NCBI GenBank assembly: GCA_964521185.1
Contig: CAZFRC010000002.1
Coordinates: 7,779 to 71,778, forward strand
DNA: 64,000 nt
Source: an uncultured Candidatus Saccharibacteria bacterium
Lineage (GTDB): Bacteria > Patescibacteriota > Minisyncoccia > Phycocordibacterales > UBA12088
Reading direction: 5' to 3'
A program made the position numbers and the translations under genes. Under the pieces are notes generated by a model, which ran no database searches, was not told where the DNA came from, and saw nothing but the letters and a program-made list of their open reading frames with translations. Every line of letters starts with the position of its first letter. Position 1 is the first letter of the stretch. This document shows, piece by piece, positions 1 through 9,510 of the stretch.

Positions 1-285
1 ACGATTGACGATCAAGATGAGCTTATGAAAGAAGCAAGAAAAAAAGCCATTGATGAAGCACGAGAGAAGGCGGAAGATCTCGCGAATGATCTCGGAGTGA
101 GACTTGTTCGTGTCGTCGCATTTAGTGAAAACACCGGAGCGTACCCTCCAATCCCAGTGTATTACATGCGAGATTCGGTTATGGGGATGGGAGGAATGGC
201 TGAATCGTCGGTAAAAAGTTCCGTACTTCCGACCGGGGAGAATAAAATCGTAGCGAATGTGTCAATTACTTACGAGATTCGATAA
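1..285 (+). CDS. C-terminal fragment of a SIMPL/DUF541-like periplasmic protein. It is 5'-truncated by the window edge.
   Basis: The ORF is open to position 1. The C-terminal ...VLPTGENKIVANVSITYEIR resembles SIMPL-domain ends. Confidence 0.4.
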   Translation, partial: TIDDQDELMKEARKKAIDEAREKAEDLANDLGVRLVRVVAFSENTGAYPPIPVYYMRDSVMGMGGMAESSVKSSVLPTGENKIVANVSITYEIR

Positions 286-408
286 ATAAGAATAGGGAGG
301 ATAGCAAAAAGAGAAGGGACACTATGGAAAGTCATATGGGGGAAACAATGGATTGTTCGCTGAACCCCCTCTCGCTCTTTCGGTTTTTGATGGATAATTG
401 GTGGAATC

Positions 409-1650
409 ATGTCAGCGGAAAAATCTGAAAAGGCAGAAGAAACACTCGGACCAGATAGCCCGAGTGTTATGGGTGCTGCAGAAAGCGATCCTCTCGTCGT
501 ACGAGCAACCATACTGGAAGCCATACAGGGGATGGTACTTAATTACATGCCTATCAGTGGCCCCGCTGATCTTGGTGAATTCGAAACAGGAGAGGAGAAG
601 AGTGGGCGTGCGGTGAGGTGTTTCGAGGTGTTGTTGGGAGACCTTTCAACCCCCAGCCCATTTTCTAGAATGGATGAATTTTTTAAACACATTGAAAGTG
701 ATCCGGAGCTTACTCGAGCGTATACAAATAGATTGCTGGAATGTTTAAAAGTCGAATTGATTAAGACTCTATCCACGACGCAAAATACGCATCGATATTC
801 ATATGCATTTTCGATCAACGTACCCTCCACCATTTTGGATGAATCTTTTGTCCATACAATAACGAAAACTATGGAGGATCTTTCAATACGAGCAAACAAT
901 ACTGAAATAATTCATTCGAATGTCAATGAAATTAGCTTGGGTATTGAGATCACCGAACGACATGAACTTACTGAAGAAAATGATGCCGCCATACGGCATC
1001 TTTTTAACATTCTGCTTAAGGAACGAAAATCTAGAGATGAGGAGGACATAAGCTTTGGAAACGCTATCTTGGAGGGCCGTGGTTATGGGTTGATTTCTCG
1101 AGAAGCTCCTACGCTAGTCCGCTTAGGAAAGTTGAGTATTGATGATGTGCCACACAGCTGCTCATTGGCAAACATTGCCCATGTCTCAAACTTAATTGAC
1201 AAGGTTGCTGATGAGCACGCGCGCGACTATTTGCGAAGCACTCTTGAAATAAAATTCGATGTTTCCCTTGACGGAGATCTTAGTCAATGGATGCCGAATC
1301 AATCCAATGCGGGGACAAACACACACCAGATTTTTCCCTTTAGAAAGAAAGCTGAATATCCTTCACCTCCTAAAATCACTAGTCAATATCAAGAAAAAAT
1401 AGCGAACAATTGCCGGATTCTTCTCAATCATATATGGCAAATTCGCCAACGGTTTGGCGTCTCTAATTTTGTACTTGAGCGGATGAACGAAGGTTTGGTG
1501 GGGAATTCTGCAGATTTTTCGATTCAGGCGATAATCAAGCACTATCTCGTGGATTTACCTGATAGGCATGGGCTTAGTATGTCCTTCCAAGGCTGGGGGG
1601 TGTCTCAGAAAAAGCCGCTTCCTCATGTTATAGGGGAAGCTGAAGACTGA
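409..1650 (+). CDS. Hypothetical protein of 413 aa with no recognisable motif.
   Basis: Long ORF with an ATG start. Its composition matches the neighbouring genes. Confidence 0.5.
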   Translation: MSAEKSEKAEETLGPDSPSVMGAAESDPLVVRATILEAIQGMVLNYMPISGPADLGEFETGEEKSGRAVRCFEVLLGDLSTPSPFSRMDEFFKHIESDPELTRAYTNRLLECLKVELIKTLSTTQNTHRYSYAFSINVPSTILDESFVHTITKTMEDLSIRANNTEIIHSNVNEISLGIEITERHELTEENDAAIRHLFNILLKERKSRDEEDISFGNAILEGRGYGLISREAPTLVRLGKLSIDDVPHSCSLANIAHVSNLIDKVADEHARDYLRSTLEIKFDVSLDGDLSQWMPNQSNAGTNTHQIFPFRKKAEYPSPPKITSQYQEKIANNCRILLNHIWQIRQRFGVSNFVLERMNEGLVGNSADFSIQAIIKHYLVDLPDRHGLSMSFQGWGVSQKKPLPHVIGEAED

Positions 1651-1885
1651 CGGTTGCCACTGTTAAAACGTGTGAAGAGGCGGGAAATATCACAGACTCG
1701 TTTCGTTTTTCATTTGTCCAGACTTCGTCGCAGTAGGGGGAAGGATTCCCCGGCTTTCTTCCTTGGAAAAGTTCAGATACAATGGAGCGTTCTCTTCAAT
1801 CTCTTGGAATGCTCTCGCCTCTTCGATATATTGTTCGTGATTTAATAGCACGCCAGTGCCAAATGTGCTAGACGGGCACACTTCT

Positions 1886-1913
1886 TTGACAAACTGAAAT
1901 AGTCGGGTATACT
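1886..1913 (+). promoter_or_regulatory. Sigma70-like promoter TTGACA-N16-TATACT upstream of secE.
   Basis: TTGACA at 1886-1891 and TATACT at 1908-1913. A GCCC-TTCG-GGGC hairpin in the 5'UTR follows. Confidence 0.5.
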
Positions 1914-1954
1914 GTTTTTTGTAAGCCCTTCGGGGCGTTTTTAAATCCTTCAAT

Positions 1955-2140
1955 ATGCAACGCTTGATCCAATACTTCAAAGATACAAGAGCAGAACTCG
2001 AACACGTTTCGTGGCCGACACGAGAACAGACTATTGTGTTTACTGCGCTGGTCATTGGCATTTCGATATTTACCGCACTATTTCTCGGCGCGTTTGATTT
2101 TGCATTCACGTATCTTCTTGAGCATTTTATTCTTTCGTAA
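1955..2140 (+). CDS. secE: Preprotein translocase subunit SecE.
   Basis: A 61-aa protein with a single C-terminal TM helix. It sits immediately upstream of nusG, the conserved synteny. Confidence 0.8.
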   Translation: MQRLIQYFKDTRAELEHVSWPTREQTIVFTALVIGISIFTALFLGAFDFAFTYLLEHFILS

Positions 2141-2149
2141 TCGCATAGT

Positions 2150-2695
2150 ATGACAAAACAGGAAACAACAGGAGAGCGTCGTTGGTATGCGATTCATACC
2201 TATGCGGGATATGAAAAGGCGGTGGAACGTAACTTGAAGCAGCGTATCGAGTCGCTTGGTATGCAGGATCGGATTTTTGAAGTTGTCGTGCCGACCGAAA
2301 AGAAAATAAAGATCAAAGGTGGTAAGCGTGTTGAAGAAGAAGAAAAAGTGTATCCAGGATATGTGCTGGTGAATATGATTGTCGATGACAATTCATGGTA
2401 CGTGGTCCGAAATACCCCACGCGTTACAGGATTTGTGGGGAGCGGGGTACAGCCTGTTCCACTTTCGGACGATGAAGTCAATGTGCTCATGGGTCGCATG
2501 AAATCGGATGTGATTAAACACCAGATTGAGCTTTCGATGAACGATCCAGTGGTCGTGGTTGATGGTCCATTTAAAGATCTTGAGGGGCGCGTTGGGGAGA
2601 TCGATGAAGAACGAGGCAAAATCAAGGTGCTTGTGCCGATGTTTGGACGCGACACTCCCGTTGAACTAGACTTTTTGCAAGTCAAGAGAATTTAA
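2150..2695 (+). CDS. nusG: Transcription termination/antitermination factor NusG.
   Basis: NGN domain [15 protein letters not shown] plus a C-terminal KOW domain. It follows secE. Confidence 0.9.
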   Translation: MTKQETTGERRWYAIHTYAGYEKAVERNLKQRIESLGMQDRIFEVVVPTEKKIKIKGGKRVEEEEKVYPGYVLVNMIVDDNSWYVVRNTPRVTGFVGSGVQPVPLSDDEVNVLMGRMKSDVIKHQIELSMNDPVVVVDGPFKDLEGRVGEIDEERGKIKVLVPMFGRDTPVELDFLQVKRI

Positions 2696-2714
2696 GGTAC
2701 GGTACTCACATTCT

Positions 2715-3140
2715 ATGGCAAAGAAAATAGTCAAAAAGCTTAAACTCCAAATCCCCGGCGGGAAAGCAACCCCAGCGCCTCCGGTTGGCACGGCGCTTGG
2801 TCCGGCTGGCGTGAACATTGGCGATTTTGTCAATAAGTTTAATGAGGCGACAAGACCAATGATGGGAGACATCATCCCCGTTGAGATTTCAGTATACGAG
2901 GATCGAAGCTACGATTTTATACTCAAAGTCTCGCCCGCGTCCCAGCTCATCTTAAAGGCAATCGGGAAAGAAAAAGGATCGGGAAAAAATTTGGTTTCAA
3001 AGGCAGGTATTATTACCAAACAACAGCTTCGAGAGGTTGCAGAAAAAAAAATGCCAGATCTGAATGCAAACGATGTCGAGGCCGCGATGAAAATAATTGC
3101 AGGAACCGCACGCTCAATGGGGGTTGATGTGAAGGAGTAA
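2715..3140 (+). CDS. rplK: 50S ribosomal protein L11.
   Basis: [38 protein letters not shown] is the canonical L11 N-terminus. Confidence 0.95.
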   Translation: MAKKIVKKLKLQIPGGKATPAPPVGTALGPAGVNIGDFVNKFNEATRPMMGDIIPVEISVYEDRSYDFILKVSPASQLILKAIGKEKGSGKNLVSKAGIITKQQLREVAEKKMPDLNANDVEAAMKIIAGTARSMGVDVKE

Positions 3141-3156
3141 TCATTATACGAAAAAA

Positions 3157-3196
3157 CATACCCGCCGCTTGGCTCAAAGGCCAAGCGGCGGGTATG
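3157..3196. terminator. Hairpin with a 17-bp stem immediately after rplK. It has an A-run on the 5' side and no T-run on the 3' side.
   Basis: CATACCCGCCGCTTGGC-tcaaa-GGCCAAGCGGCGGGTATG. Confidence 0.5.
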
Positions 3197-3281
3197 CATG
3201 TAGAGGATATATGGTAAGTACTATTTGCCAAGAAGATTAATAAAGAGGTATTGTAGCGCAAGACCTAGATAGGAGTGTCCC

Positions 3282-3827
3282 ATGTTTTCTTGTACTTTGT
3301 TGGGAGAGGTTCTTCCAGAAATTGGGAGAGCTGTCGAGAGGTGTCGGGTGCAGGGGAAGCGCCCAACGGTAAAAATTTTGATAAGCGATCCTTGGGGTCG
3401 TTGCATTTCTTTTTCGTCGGACAAAAGCAATTCCCCCTGGGTTAAGTTACCAGGAGGAGGCATAAAGAAGGGGGAAGATATTATTGCGTGTGTTATACGA
3501 GAGTGCGAGGAGGAGATGATCGGTATTCCTCCTTTGCATAGAAGAGAGATAGGTCTCGCTCGTATTGGCGCTTCCGGTATTGTTCGAAGCAGTATTCACA
3601 AAAAAGGTCCCGTTACCAAGGTGGTTTGGGTGTTGTACGGGGTCATTACCCCTTCTTTGGATAGTATAAAACCAATTAATGGAAAGGGGCTTCGGGATCC
3701 CGTAATCCACAAAAGCCCTAATGATATGCTTCGTTTTTTGGACGGGGAAACGGTCACGCCAGTAGACGAGCGAATGTTGTATAGAAACGCTGTGCTGGCG
3801 TTGGCTTCTACGATGCGTGCGCCGTGA
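3282..3827 (+). CDS. NUDIX hydrolase.
   Basis: The Nudix box GGGIKKGEDIIACVIRECEEEMIG fits Gx5Ex7REUxEExGU. Confidence 0.75.
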   Translation: MFSCTLLGEVLPEIGRAVERCRVQGKRPTVKILISDPWGRCISFSSDKSNSPWVKLPGGGIKKGEDIIACVIRECEEEMIGIPPLHRREIGLARIGASGIVRSSIHKKGPVTKVVWVLYGVITPSLDSIKPINGKGLRDPVIHKSPNDMLRFLDGETVTPVDERMLYRNAVLALASTMRAP

Positions 3828-4376
3828 TCAATTACTCTGATCCGGCTTTTCTTTTTTTCCGCGTTCCAGATCGACAAACGTGTAGCGAAGCCCGTTCCAT
3901 TCGCGCTCTTCCTCAAATGTTTTTTTCGTAAACTCTTCTTCGTATTCGGGGAAAAACGAATCGGCCTCTTTTTCGTCATCAATTAAGGTCAGATACAGTT
4001 TGTCGGTATGGGGGAGTGCAAGCTCATATATTTCTCCACCACCTCCAATGTACACCTCTTTTTTGTCCAAGGTTTTTGCATATTCGAGCGCTTTGTTGAA
4101 GTCATGAAATGTCGTTACCCCTTCATGTGACCAGTTTGGATCACGGGTAATAACAATGTTTGTCCGATTGGGAAGTGGGGTGCCGATCACCTCCACAATC
4201 GATTCAAATGTCTTTCGTCCCATAATAACCGGATGTCCCAAGGTAAGCGCCTTGAACCGCTTTAAATCGTCTGGAATATGCCAAAGTAGCTGGTTATTTT
4301 TCCCAATGGCTCGATTACGGGTTCCGCTCCTTCCCAACGCGACCGTGATACAGACATTCGGATTCATGGGAATCAT
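3828..4376 (-). CDS. folA: Dihydrofolate reductase. The start is trimmed to the internal Met at MIPMNPNV; the ORF itself extends to 4421.
   Basis: ...ITVALGRSGTRNRAIGKNNQLLWHIPDDLKRFKALTLGHPVIMGRKTFESI...YIGGGGEIY is the DHFR fold signature. Confidence 0.85.
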   Translation of the reverse strand: MIPMNPNVCITVALGRSGTRNRAIGKNNQLLWHIPDDLKRFKALTLGHPVIMGRKTFESIVEVIGTPLPNRTNIVITRDPNWSHEGVTTFHDFNKALEYAKTLDKKEVYIGGGGEIYELALPHTDKLYLTLIDDEKEADSFFPEYEEEFTKKTFEEEREWNGLRYTFVDLERGKKEKPDQSN

Positions 4377-4441
4377 TATGCAACAAAGTTTGAATCTCTC
4401 CACTGGTTTCATACATGCCATGCTCGGTATACTACTTCTAC

Positions 4442-5005
4442 ATGGCGCTCATCGGCATCAAGGAAATTGTTCGACGTATTAATGAGGAGGGCCTTATTAC
4501 TGGCCTTGGCGGGCGCGACCTTTCAAATCCCGAAGGTACGGGGATTGATCTTCGTCTTGGCTCTGTACACAACATTGTTTCTGGCGGAGCATATATTGAA
4601 GCGGATGGCGCGGCAGGTCTTGGAAAGCGCAAGGGGGTTACTACTGAAGAAATTTTTAAATTGAAGGAGGGCGATCTTCAAGATGTTCTTGTCATTAAAC
4701 CCGGCGACTATTATTTAGTGCAAACGGCAGAAACTATCAATACGCCTCTCGATCTTATGCCCATGGTGTACCCGCGAAGCAGTCTCTTTCGCGCAGGGCT
4801 TGCGCTCTTTGCGACAAAAACTGATCCGGGCTACAAAGGACCGCTTACATTTGGATTGACTAACCTTGGGCTATTTGACGTGTCGCTCCAACTCGGTGCG
4901 CGTATTTGTAATATTGTATTTTATCGAATAGAAGGCGAAGTGATTGGGTATCGGGGACAACATCAGGGAGGACGCATATCTCACGGGGAAGAGCAACAGG
5001 TGTAA
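4442..5005 (+). CDS. dUTPase-like member of the dCTP deaminase/dUTPase superfamily. The start is uncertain; the ORF opens at 4415.
   Basis: YPRSSLFRAGLAL and TDPGYKGPLTFGLTNLG resemble dUTPase motifs. There is no Glu at the Dcd catalytic position. Confidence 0.55.
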   Translation: MALIGIKEIVRRINEEGLITGLGGRDLSNPEGTGIDLRLGSVHNIVSGGAYIEADGAAGLGKRKGVTTEEIFKLKEGDLQDVLVIKPGDYYLVQTAETINTPLDLMPMVYPRSSLFRAGLALFATKTDPGYKGPLTFGLTNLGLFDVSLQLGARICNIVFYRIEGEVIGYRGQHQGGRISHGEEQQV

Positions 5006-5015
5006 TATAGTCGAT

Positions 5016-5567
5016 ATGATTCTCTCTGATGTTGATATTAAGGCGGCGGTCGAAGCGGGCGACATAAAAATCGATGGGTTTGAGGAGGCGCGATTACAGC
5101 CGGCAAGCTACGACATACTTTTGGGAAATAAATTCATGCTTCCGGAGCCGGAGCGCGATCAGGTAATTGATCCTGCAAATAAAGTGTATCCACACTACCG
5201 GCATTTTATCGTTGAAGACAAAAGCATGTTCGTACTTCATCCGGGGGTGTCGGTGCTTGCTCATACGCACGAGTATTTCGGGTCGGACAAATATCTGATC
5301 CAACTCTCCGGAAAAAGCTCGCTTGCGCGCATCGGGCTTGTCGTCCACAACACCGCAGGTATTGTGAATCCCGGCCACTACCTCAATATGGTGCTTGAAC
5401 TGTACAACCTGTCTCATGTGCCGATTATCCTCCGGCCTCGGATGGCTATCGCGCAACTCCTTTTTTCGAAATTAACCAGTCTACCAAAGCAAGATTATAA
5501 AGAAATAGGACGGTACAGTGATCAGAATTGGCAAAGTTATATCCCCCCCAAAGAACCAAATTCCTAA
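5016..5567 (+). CDS. dcd: dCTP deaminase.
   Basis: MILSDVDIKAAVEAG N-terminus, and GKSSLARIGLVVHNTAGIVNPGHYLNMVLELYNL...LRPRMAIAQLLF match the Dcd core. The Asp of the IDPG motif is replaced by Asn. Confidence 0.75.
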   Translation: MILSDVDIKAAVEAGDIKIDGFEEARLQPASYDILLGNKFMLPEPERDQVIDPANKVYPHYRHFIVEDKSMFVLHPGVSVLAHTHEYFGSDKYLIQLSGKSSLARIGLVVHNTAGIVNPGHYLNMVLELYNLSHVPIILRPRMAIAQLLFSKLTSLPKQDYKEIGRYSDQNWQSYIPPKEPNS

Positions 5568-5578
5568 CATAATTACGC

Positions 5579-6553
5579 ATGATAACTACCAATCGACATC
5601 CGGAAGAACAATACCTTGATTTGTTGAGGGAACTTGTGGAGCATGGTATCGAGCAGACCGACAAGGGAACGGGGGTAAAAACATACAGTGCGTTTGGGCG
5701 ACAGATGCGTTTCGATATATCGGAATCATTTCCGCTTCTCACTACTAAACGGGTGTATTGGAAAGGAGTGCTCCACGAGCTCTACTGGTTTTTTTCGGGA
5801 CAGTCGAATATTAAATATCTTGTCGATAATGACGTGCATATCTGGGATGATTATCCCTTCAAGATCTATAATGAAAAAGTGGCGAAAGGGGAGCTTCCTG
5901 AGCTTACCCGCGAAGCCTTTGTAGAAAAAATAAAGATTGATGCGGAATTTGCTCGCACCTACGGTGAACTACCGCATATTTATGGCGAATTATGGCGCCG
6001 ATGGCCAGCCAAGGACGGTCGCACCGTTGATCAGGTGAGGTGGATTCTTGATGAAATTTCTAAAGATGCCGACGCTCACAACACGCTCGTTACTTCGTGG
6101 GACCCTCAATATCTCTACAGCATGGCAAGGCCGGGAGAGGAAGCGCGGTTTCCAATTTGCCACAACATGTATCAGATAAATGTGAAAAAAGGAAAATTAT
6201 CTCTTCAGCTTTATCAGCGTAGCGCGGATATATTCCTTGGGGTTCCATTTAATATCGCAAGCTACGCGCTGCTTGCACTCGTGCTCGCTAAGATTGCTGG
6301 TTTTGAACCAGGAGAATTCATCCACACTTTTGGGGATGTGCATATTTATGAAAATCATTTTGAAGCGGCAAGAGAACAGTGTACTCGAGAACCAAAGCCG
6401 TTTCCCAAGGTTACCATTCTCGAAGGCGTGACGCTCGATTCGTTTCGTCCTGAACACGTAACACTTTCTGGCTATGAGCCGCATGCAGCGATAAAAGCCG
6501 AGCTCACCGTTGCGGGAGGATACAATGAAAAGTTGCACCAAAAAAAACAATAG
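5579..6553 (+). CDS. thyA: Thymidylate synthase, ThyA type, long form.
   Basis: LLTTKRVYWKGVLHELYWFFSG, the PICHNMYQ nucleophile region with Cys, and DIFLGVPFNIASYALL. Confidence 0.9.
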   Translation: MITTNRHPEEQYLDLLRELVEHGIEQTDKGTGVKTYSAFGRQMRFDISESFPLLTTKRVYWKGVLHELYWFFSGQSNIKYLVDNDVHIWDDYPFKIYNEKVAKGELPELTREAFVEKIKIDAEFARTYGELPHIYGELWRRWPAKDGRTVDQVRWILDEISKDADAHNTLVTSWDPQYLYSMARPGEEARFPICHNMYQINVKKGKLSLQLYQRSADIFLGVPFNIASYALLALVLAKIAGFEPGEFIHTFGDVHIYENHFEAAREQCTREPKPFPKVTILEGVTLDSFRPEHVTLSGYEPHAAIKAELTVAGGYNEKLHQKKQ

Positions 6554-6721
6554 GCGTGCAAAAGACGTTCTGTTACCCAGAGTAGGAGGGTATACTATAA
6601 TGCGTACATCACAAGTCGAATTTCTGCTTTGATAACGTCTGAAATTCAACACTGCATACCACCATGTTGTAATAGACTTTAACTCGTTGTATTGATTGTC
6701 AATTTTGCTAATTACGCATGT

Positions 6722-7987
6722 ATGAAAGATTCTTATATCAAAGAACAGGATGCCGACGTGTATGTTGCCCTTGTGGGTGAAGAAACACGCCAGAAAGAGG
6801 GGCTTGAACTTATCCCTTCCGAAAATTATGTGTCGCGAGCGGTTCGAGAGGCACTTCAAAGCGTCTTTACCAACAAATATTCAGAGGGGTTGCCGGGAAA
6901 GCGTTATTACGGCGGTCAGAGATTTACCGATATGGTTGAGAATATCGCCATCGATAGGGCTAAAAAACTGTTTGGCGGATCATACGTCAATGTGCAGCCG
7001 CATTCAGGAGCGCCGGCGAATATGGCTGTGTATCACGGGGTGCTTGCTCCGGGGGATACGGTGATGGGAATGGATTTGGGACACGGAGGACATTTGACGC
7101 ACGGACATCCTATGACTGTTCCTGCGAAACTCTTTCGATTTGTGGCGTACAAAATGAAAGATCCTGAGACAGGAGAAATTGATTATGACGAAATGTTGGA
7201 GGTCGCAAAACGTGAAAAACCGACATTGATCATCGCAGGTTTTTCAGCGTATAGTCGAGAGCTTAATTACAAAAAGTTCGTAGAAATTGCGCACGAGGTG
7301 GGAGCGCTTGTGATGGCGGATATGGCGCATATTGCGGGGCTTATCGCGGGGGGTGTCGCTCGAAATCCATTTGATGATGGGGTAGATATTATTACCACCA
7401 CGACACATAAAACGCTTCGTGGCCCTCGGGGAGGGATGATCTTGGTTCGAGAGAATGAAGAATTGATGCAAAAAATTAATCGCGCAGTATTTCCTGGCAT
7501 TCAGGGAGGCCCCCACATGAACAATATTGCAGCAAAGGCAGTGGCGTTTGGAGAGGCACTCCAACCCTCATTCAAAACGTATGCTGCCCAAATTCTTAAA
7601 AATGCCAAGGCAATGGAAGCGGTGTTTGCACGAGAAAACATACGAATGCTTGGAGGGGGAACTTCCAACCATCTTATTCTAGCCGATGTGTTTGGCTCGC
7701 TTGGCGTTTCCGGTAAAGAAGCGGAAGTCGTATTGGACGAAGTGGGAATTACGTTAAATAAAAATGCGATTGCCAATGATCCTCGAAAACCGCTTGATCC
7801 TTCAGGGATCCGGTTTGGAACTCCGGCAATTACGACACGTGGATTTGGCGAGATGGAATCCAAGCAGGTTGCCGAACTTATGATCGAGACGCTTCAAAAC
7901 AAAGATAATGCGATGAAAAAGGCAGAGGTTAGAGAGGAAATCAGAAAACTATGTGAGAAGTTTCCGGTGCCGGATTCATTCATGTAA
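6722..7987 (+). CDS. glyA: Serine hydroxymethyltransferase. The start is trimmed to the ATG at 6722; the ORF opens at a TTG at 6692.
   Basis: GLELIPSENY, HLTHGHPMT, and TTTTHKTLRGPRGGMIL, the PLP lysine region. Confidence 0.92.
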   Translation: MKDSYIKEQDADVYVALVGEETRQKEGLELIPSENYVSRAVREALQSVFTNKYSEGLPGKRYYGGQRFTDMVENIAIDRAKKLFGGSYVNVQPHSGAPANMAVYHGVLAPGDTVMGMDLGHGGHLTHGHPMTVPAKLFRFVAYKMKDPETGEIDYDEMLEVAKREKPTLIIAGFSAYSRELNYKKFVEIAHEVGALVMADMAHIAGLIAGGVARNPFDDGVDIITTTTHKTLRGPRGGMILVRENEELMQKINRAVFPGIQGGPHMNNIAAKAVAFGEALQPSFKTYAAQILKNAKAMEAVFARENIRMLGGGTSNHLILADVFGSLGVSGKEAEVVLDEVGITLNKNAIANDPRKPLDPSGIRFGTPAITTRGFGEMESKQVAELMIETLQNKDNAMKKAEVREEIRKLCEKFPVPDSFM

Positions 7988-8096
7988 GGTTAAGGTGGAT
8001 GCGACCCCTGTTCGGAAGGAGATAGATTATTGGCAGTGTTGTTTGGAACAGGAACACACGTTTATTGTAGTAATTCTGATGATAGGCTAAAAGCAT

Positions 8097-9269
8097 ATGC
8101 GAATCGTTTCGATTCCCCACCTCACATTCATTGCATTTCTTTTTGGATTTGTGTGGGACAGCGTCACATTGTCGCGCGTCGATCAACTCTACGACATAGT
8201 GGTGATCGGAGGGTATTTGCTCGTCGTCACTTCCGGATTGATCATTCTCTATACTCCGACAATTCGGTTTTCTGCAGCTCTTACACCATTTGAGCAGTGG
8301 GTACCAATACTCGTGCAGTTTTCAATGGGAGGACTGCTTGGGAGTTCTCTCGTCTATTACGCAAAGTCCAGCACCTTCTTCGGTAGCTGGCCCTTCCTTC
8401 TCCTTGTAATGGCACTGATTTTGTTTAATGAATTTTTCCATCGCAAGATTGCAGGGTTAACATCTCAATCAGCGATCTTCTATTTCATCCTCTATTTGGT
8501 TGTCGCTCTGTATTCGCCGATTATTGTAGGCTCTATAGGACCGGGCACTTTTGCTCTTTCGGGTATAATCGCACTTATCATAGCAAGCGTGCCTGTTGCG
8601 GTGATCACAGTCGTTGCTCGTTCTACGCAAATTTCATCAGAACCAAGCCGCCTTGCATGGGCTCGAAAGGACAATGGAGGAGATAATGCAGCGAACGCGA
8701 AATTGCAAGTTCCGAACGAACCTTTCGCGGAATTTACGCGTGCATGGAAACGGATCGGCATTTGTTGGCTAGTTATTTTTGGAATTCTTAACAGTTTCTA
8801 TGCTCTCAACATTATTCCTCCCATTCCTCTAGCACTCAAAGATATAGGCATATATCACCACGTACTTCGCTTATCGACAGGCGATTATGAGGTAACGTAT
8901 GAATCGCGCATATCAAAGATCTCTATTCCCTATTTGTCACCAAAGAACAACACGATGCATATACTCTCCGGAGAGTCTCTGTTTGCGTGGAGTGCGGTTT
9001 TTGCTCCTTCAGATTTTTCCGCTCCGATTTATCATCGATGGGAGTGGCATAATCCAGAAACCAACGAATGGGACACTATGGGACGCATCAGGTTTCAAAT
9101 TGGCGGCGGGCGCGAAGGAGGTTTCCGTGGGTATACGGAAAAATTGATCACCGATCCTGGCAGGTGGCGTGTTTCCGTTGAGACAGAGCGTGGCGCGATA
9201 GTGGGGAGAATATCATTCAATGTTGTTGTTGGTATACCCCCAGAAAAATTCATCACGATCACTAAATAG
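8097..9269 (+). CDS. Hypothetical polytopic membrane protein with about 5 TM helices and a C-terminal soluble beta-rich domain.
   Basis: Hydrophobic N-terminal two-thirds. The C-terminal ...WHNPETNEWDTMGRIRFQIGGGREGGFRGY...GRWRVSVETERG is possibly DUF2914-like, from memory only. Confidence 0.5.
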   Translation: MRIVSIPHLTFIAFLFGFVWDSVTLSRVDQLYDIVVIGGYLLVVTSGLIILYTPTIRFSAALTPFEQWVPILVQFSMGGLLGSSLVYYAKSSTFFGSWPFLLLVMALILFNEFFHRKIAGLTSQSAIFYFILYLVVALYSPIIVGSIGPGTFALSGIIALIIASVPVAVITVVARSTQISSEPSRLAWARKDNGGDNAANAKLQVPNEPFAEFTRAWKRIGICWLVIFGILNSFYALNIIPPIPLALKDIGIYHHVLRLSTGDYEVTYESRISKISIPYLSPKNNTMHILSGESLFAWSAVFAPSDFSAPIYHRWEWHNPETNEWDTMGRIRFQIGGGREGGFRGYTEKLITDPGRWRVSVETERGAIVGRISFNVVVGIPPEKFITITK

Positions 9270-9510
9270 GGTTTGGTATATTAACCAACATCTTTATTTC
9301 GGTATTTTTTGAAGTCGTTCATTATGCAACAAGAAAGCGCCATGCATCCATTGCTTGGCGTTACTATTATTTTCCCATACCCGCAGCTTTCTTTTTTGGA
9401 GGGGTGCGGGTATGGTTTGAATATCAGGAGGAGAAAGAACAGAATATACGTACAGAACAAGGGATCGTTTAGTAATTGCTATACCAAGAACTTTTGTTAT
9501 TGTGGATTGC

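Noticed and set aside
1654-2109. ORFs 1654-1845 (+) and 1690-2109 (-) between the hypothetical gene and secE.
   Set aside because: They overlap the secE promoter and the secE gene, have no motifs, and are likely spurious. No tRNA or rpmG was detectable here.
4156-4482. 108-aa + strand ORF.
   Set aside because: It is antisense to the DHFR gene.
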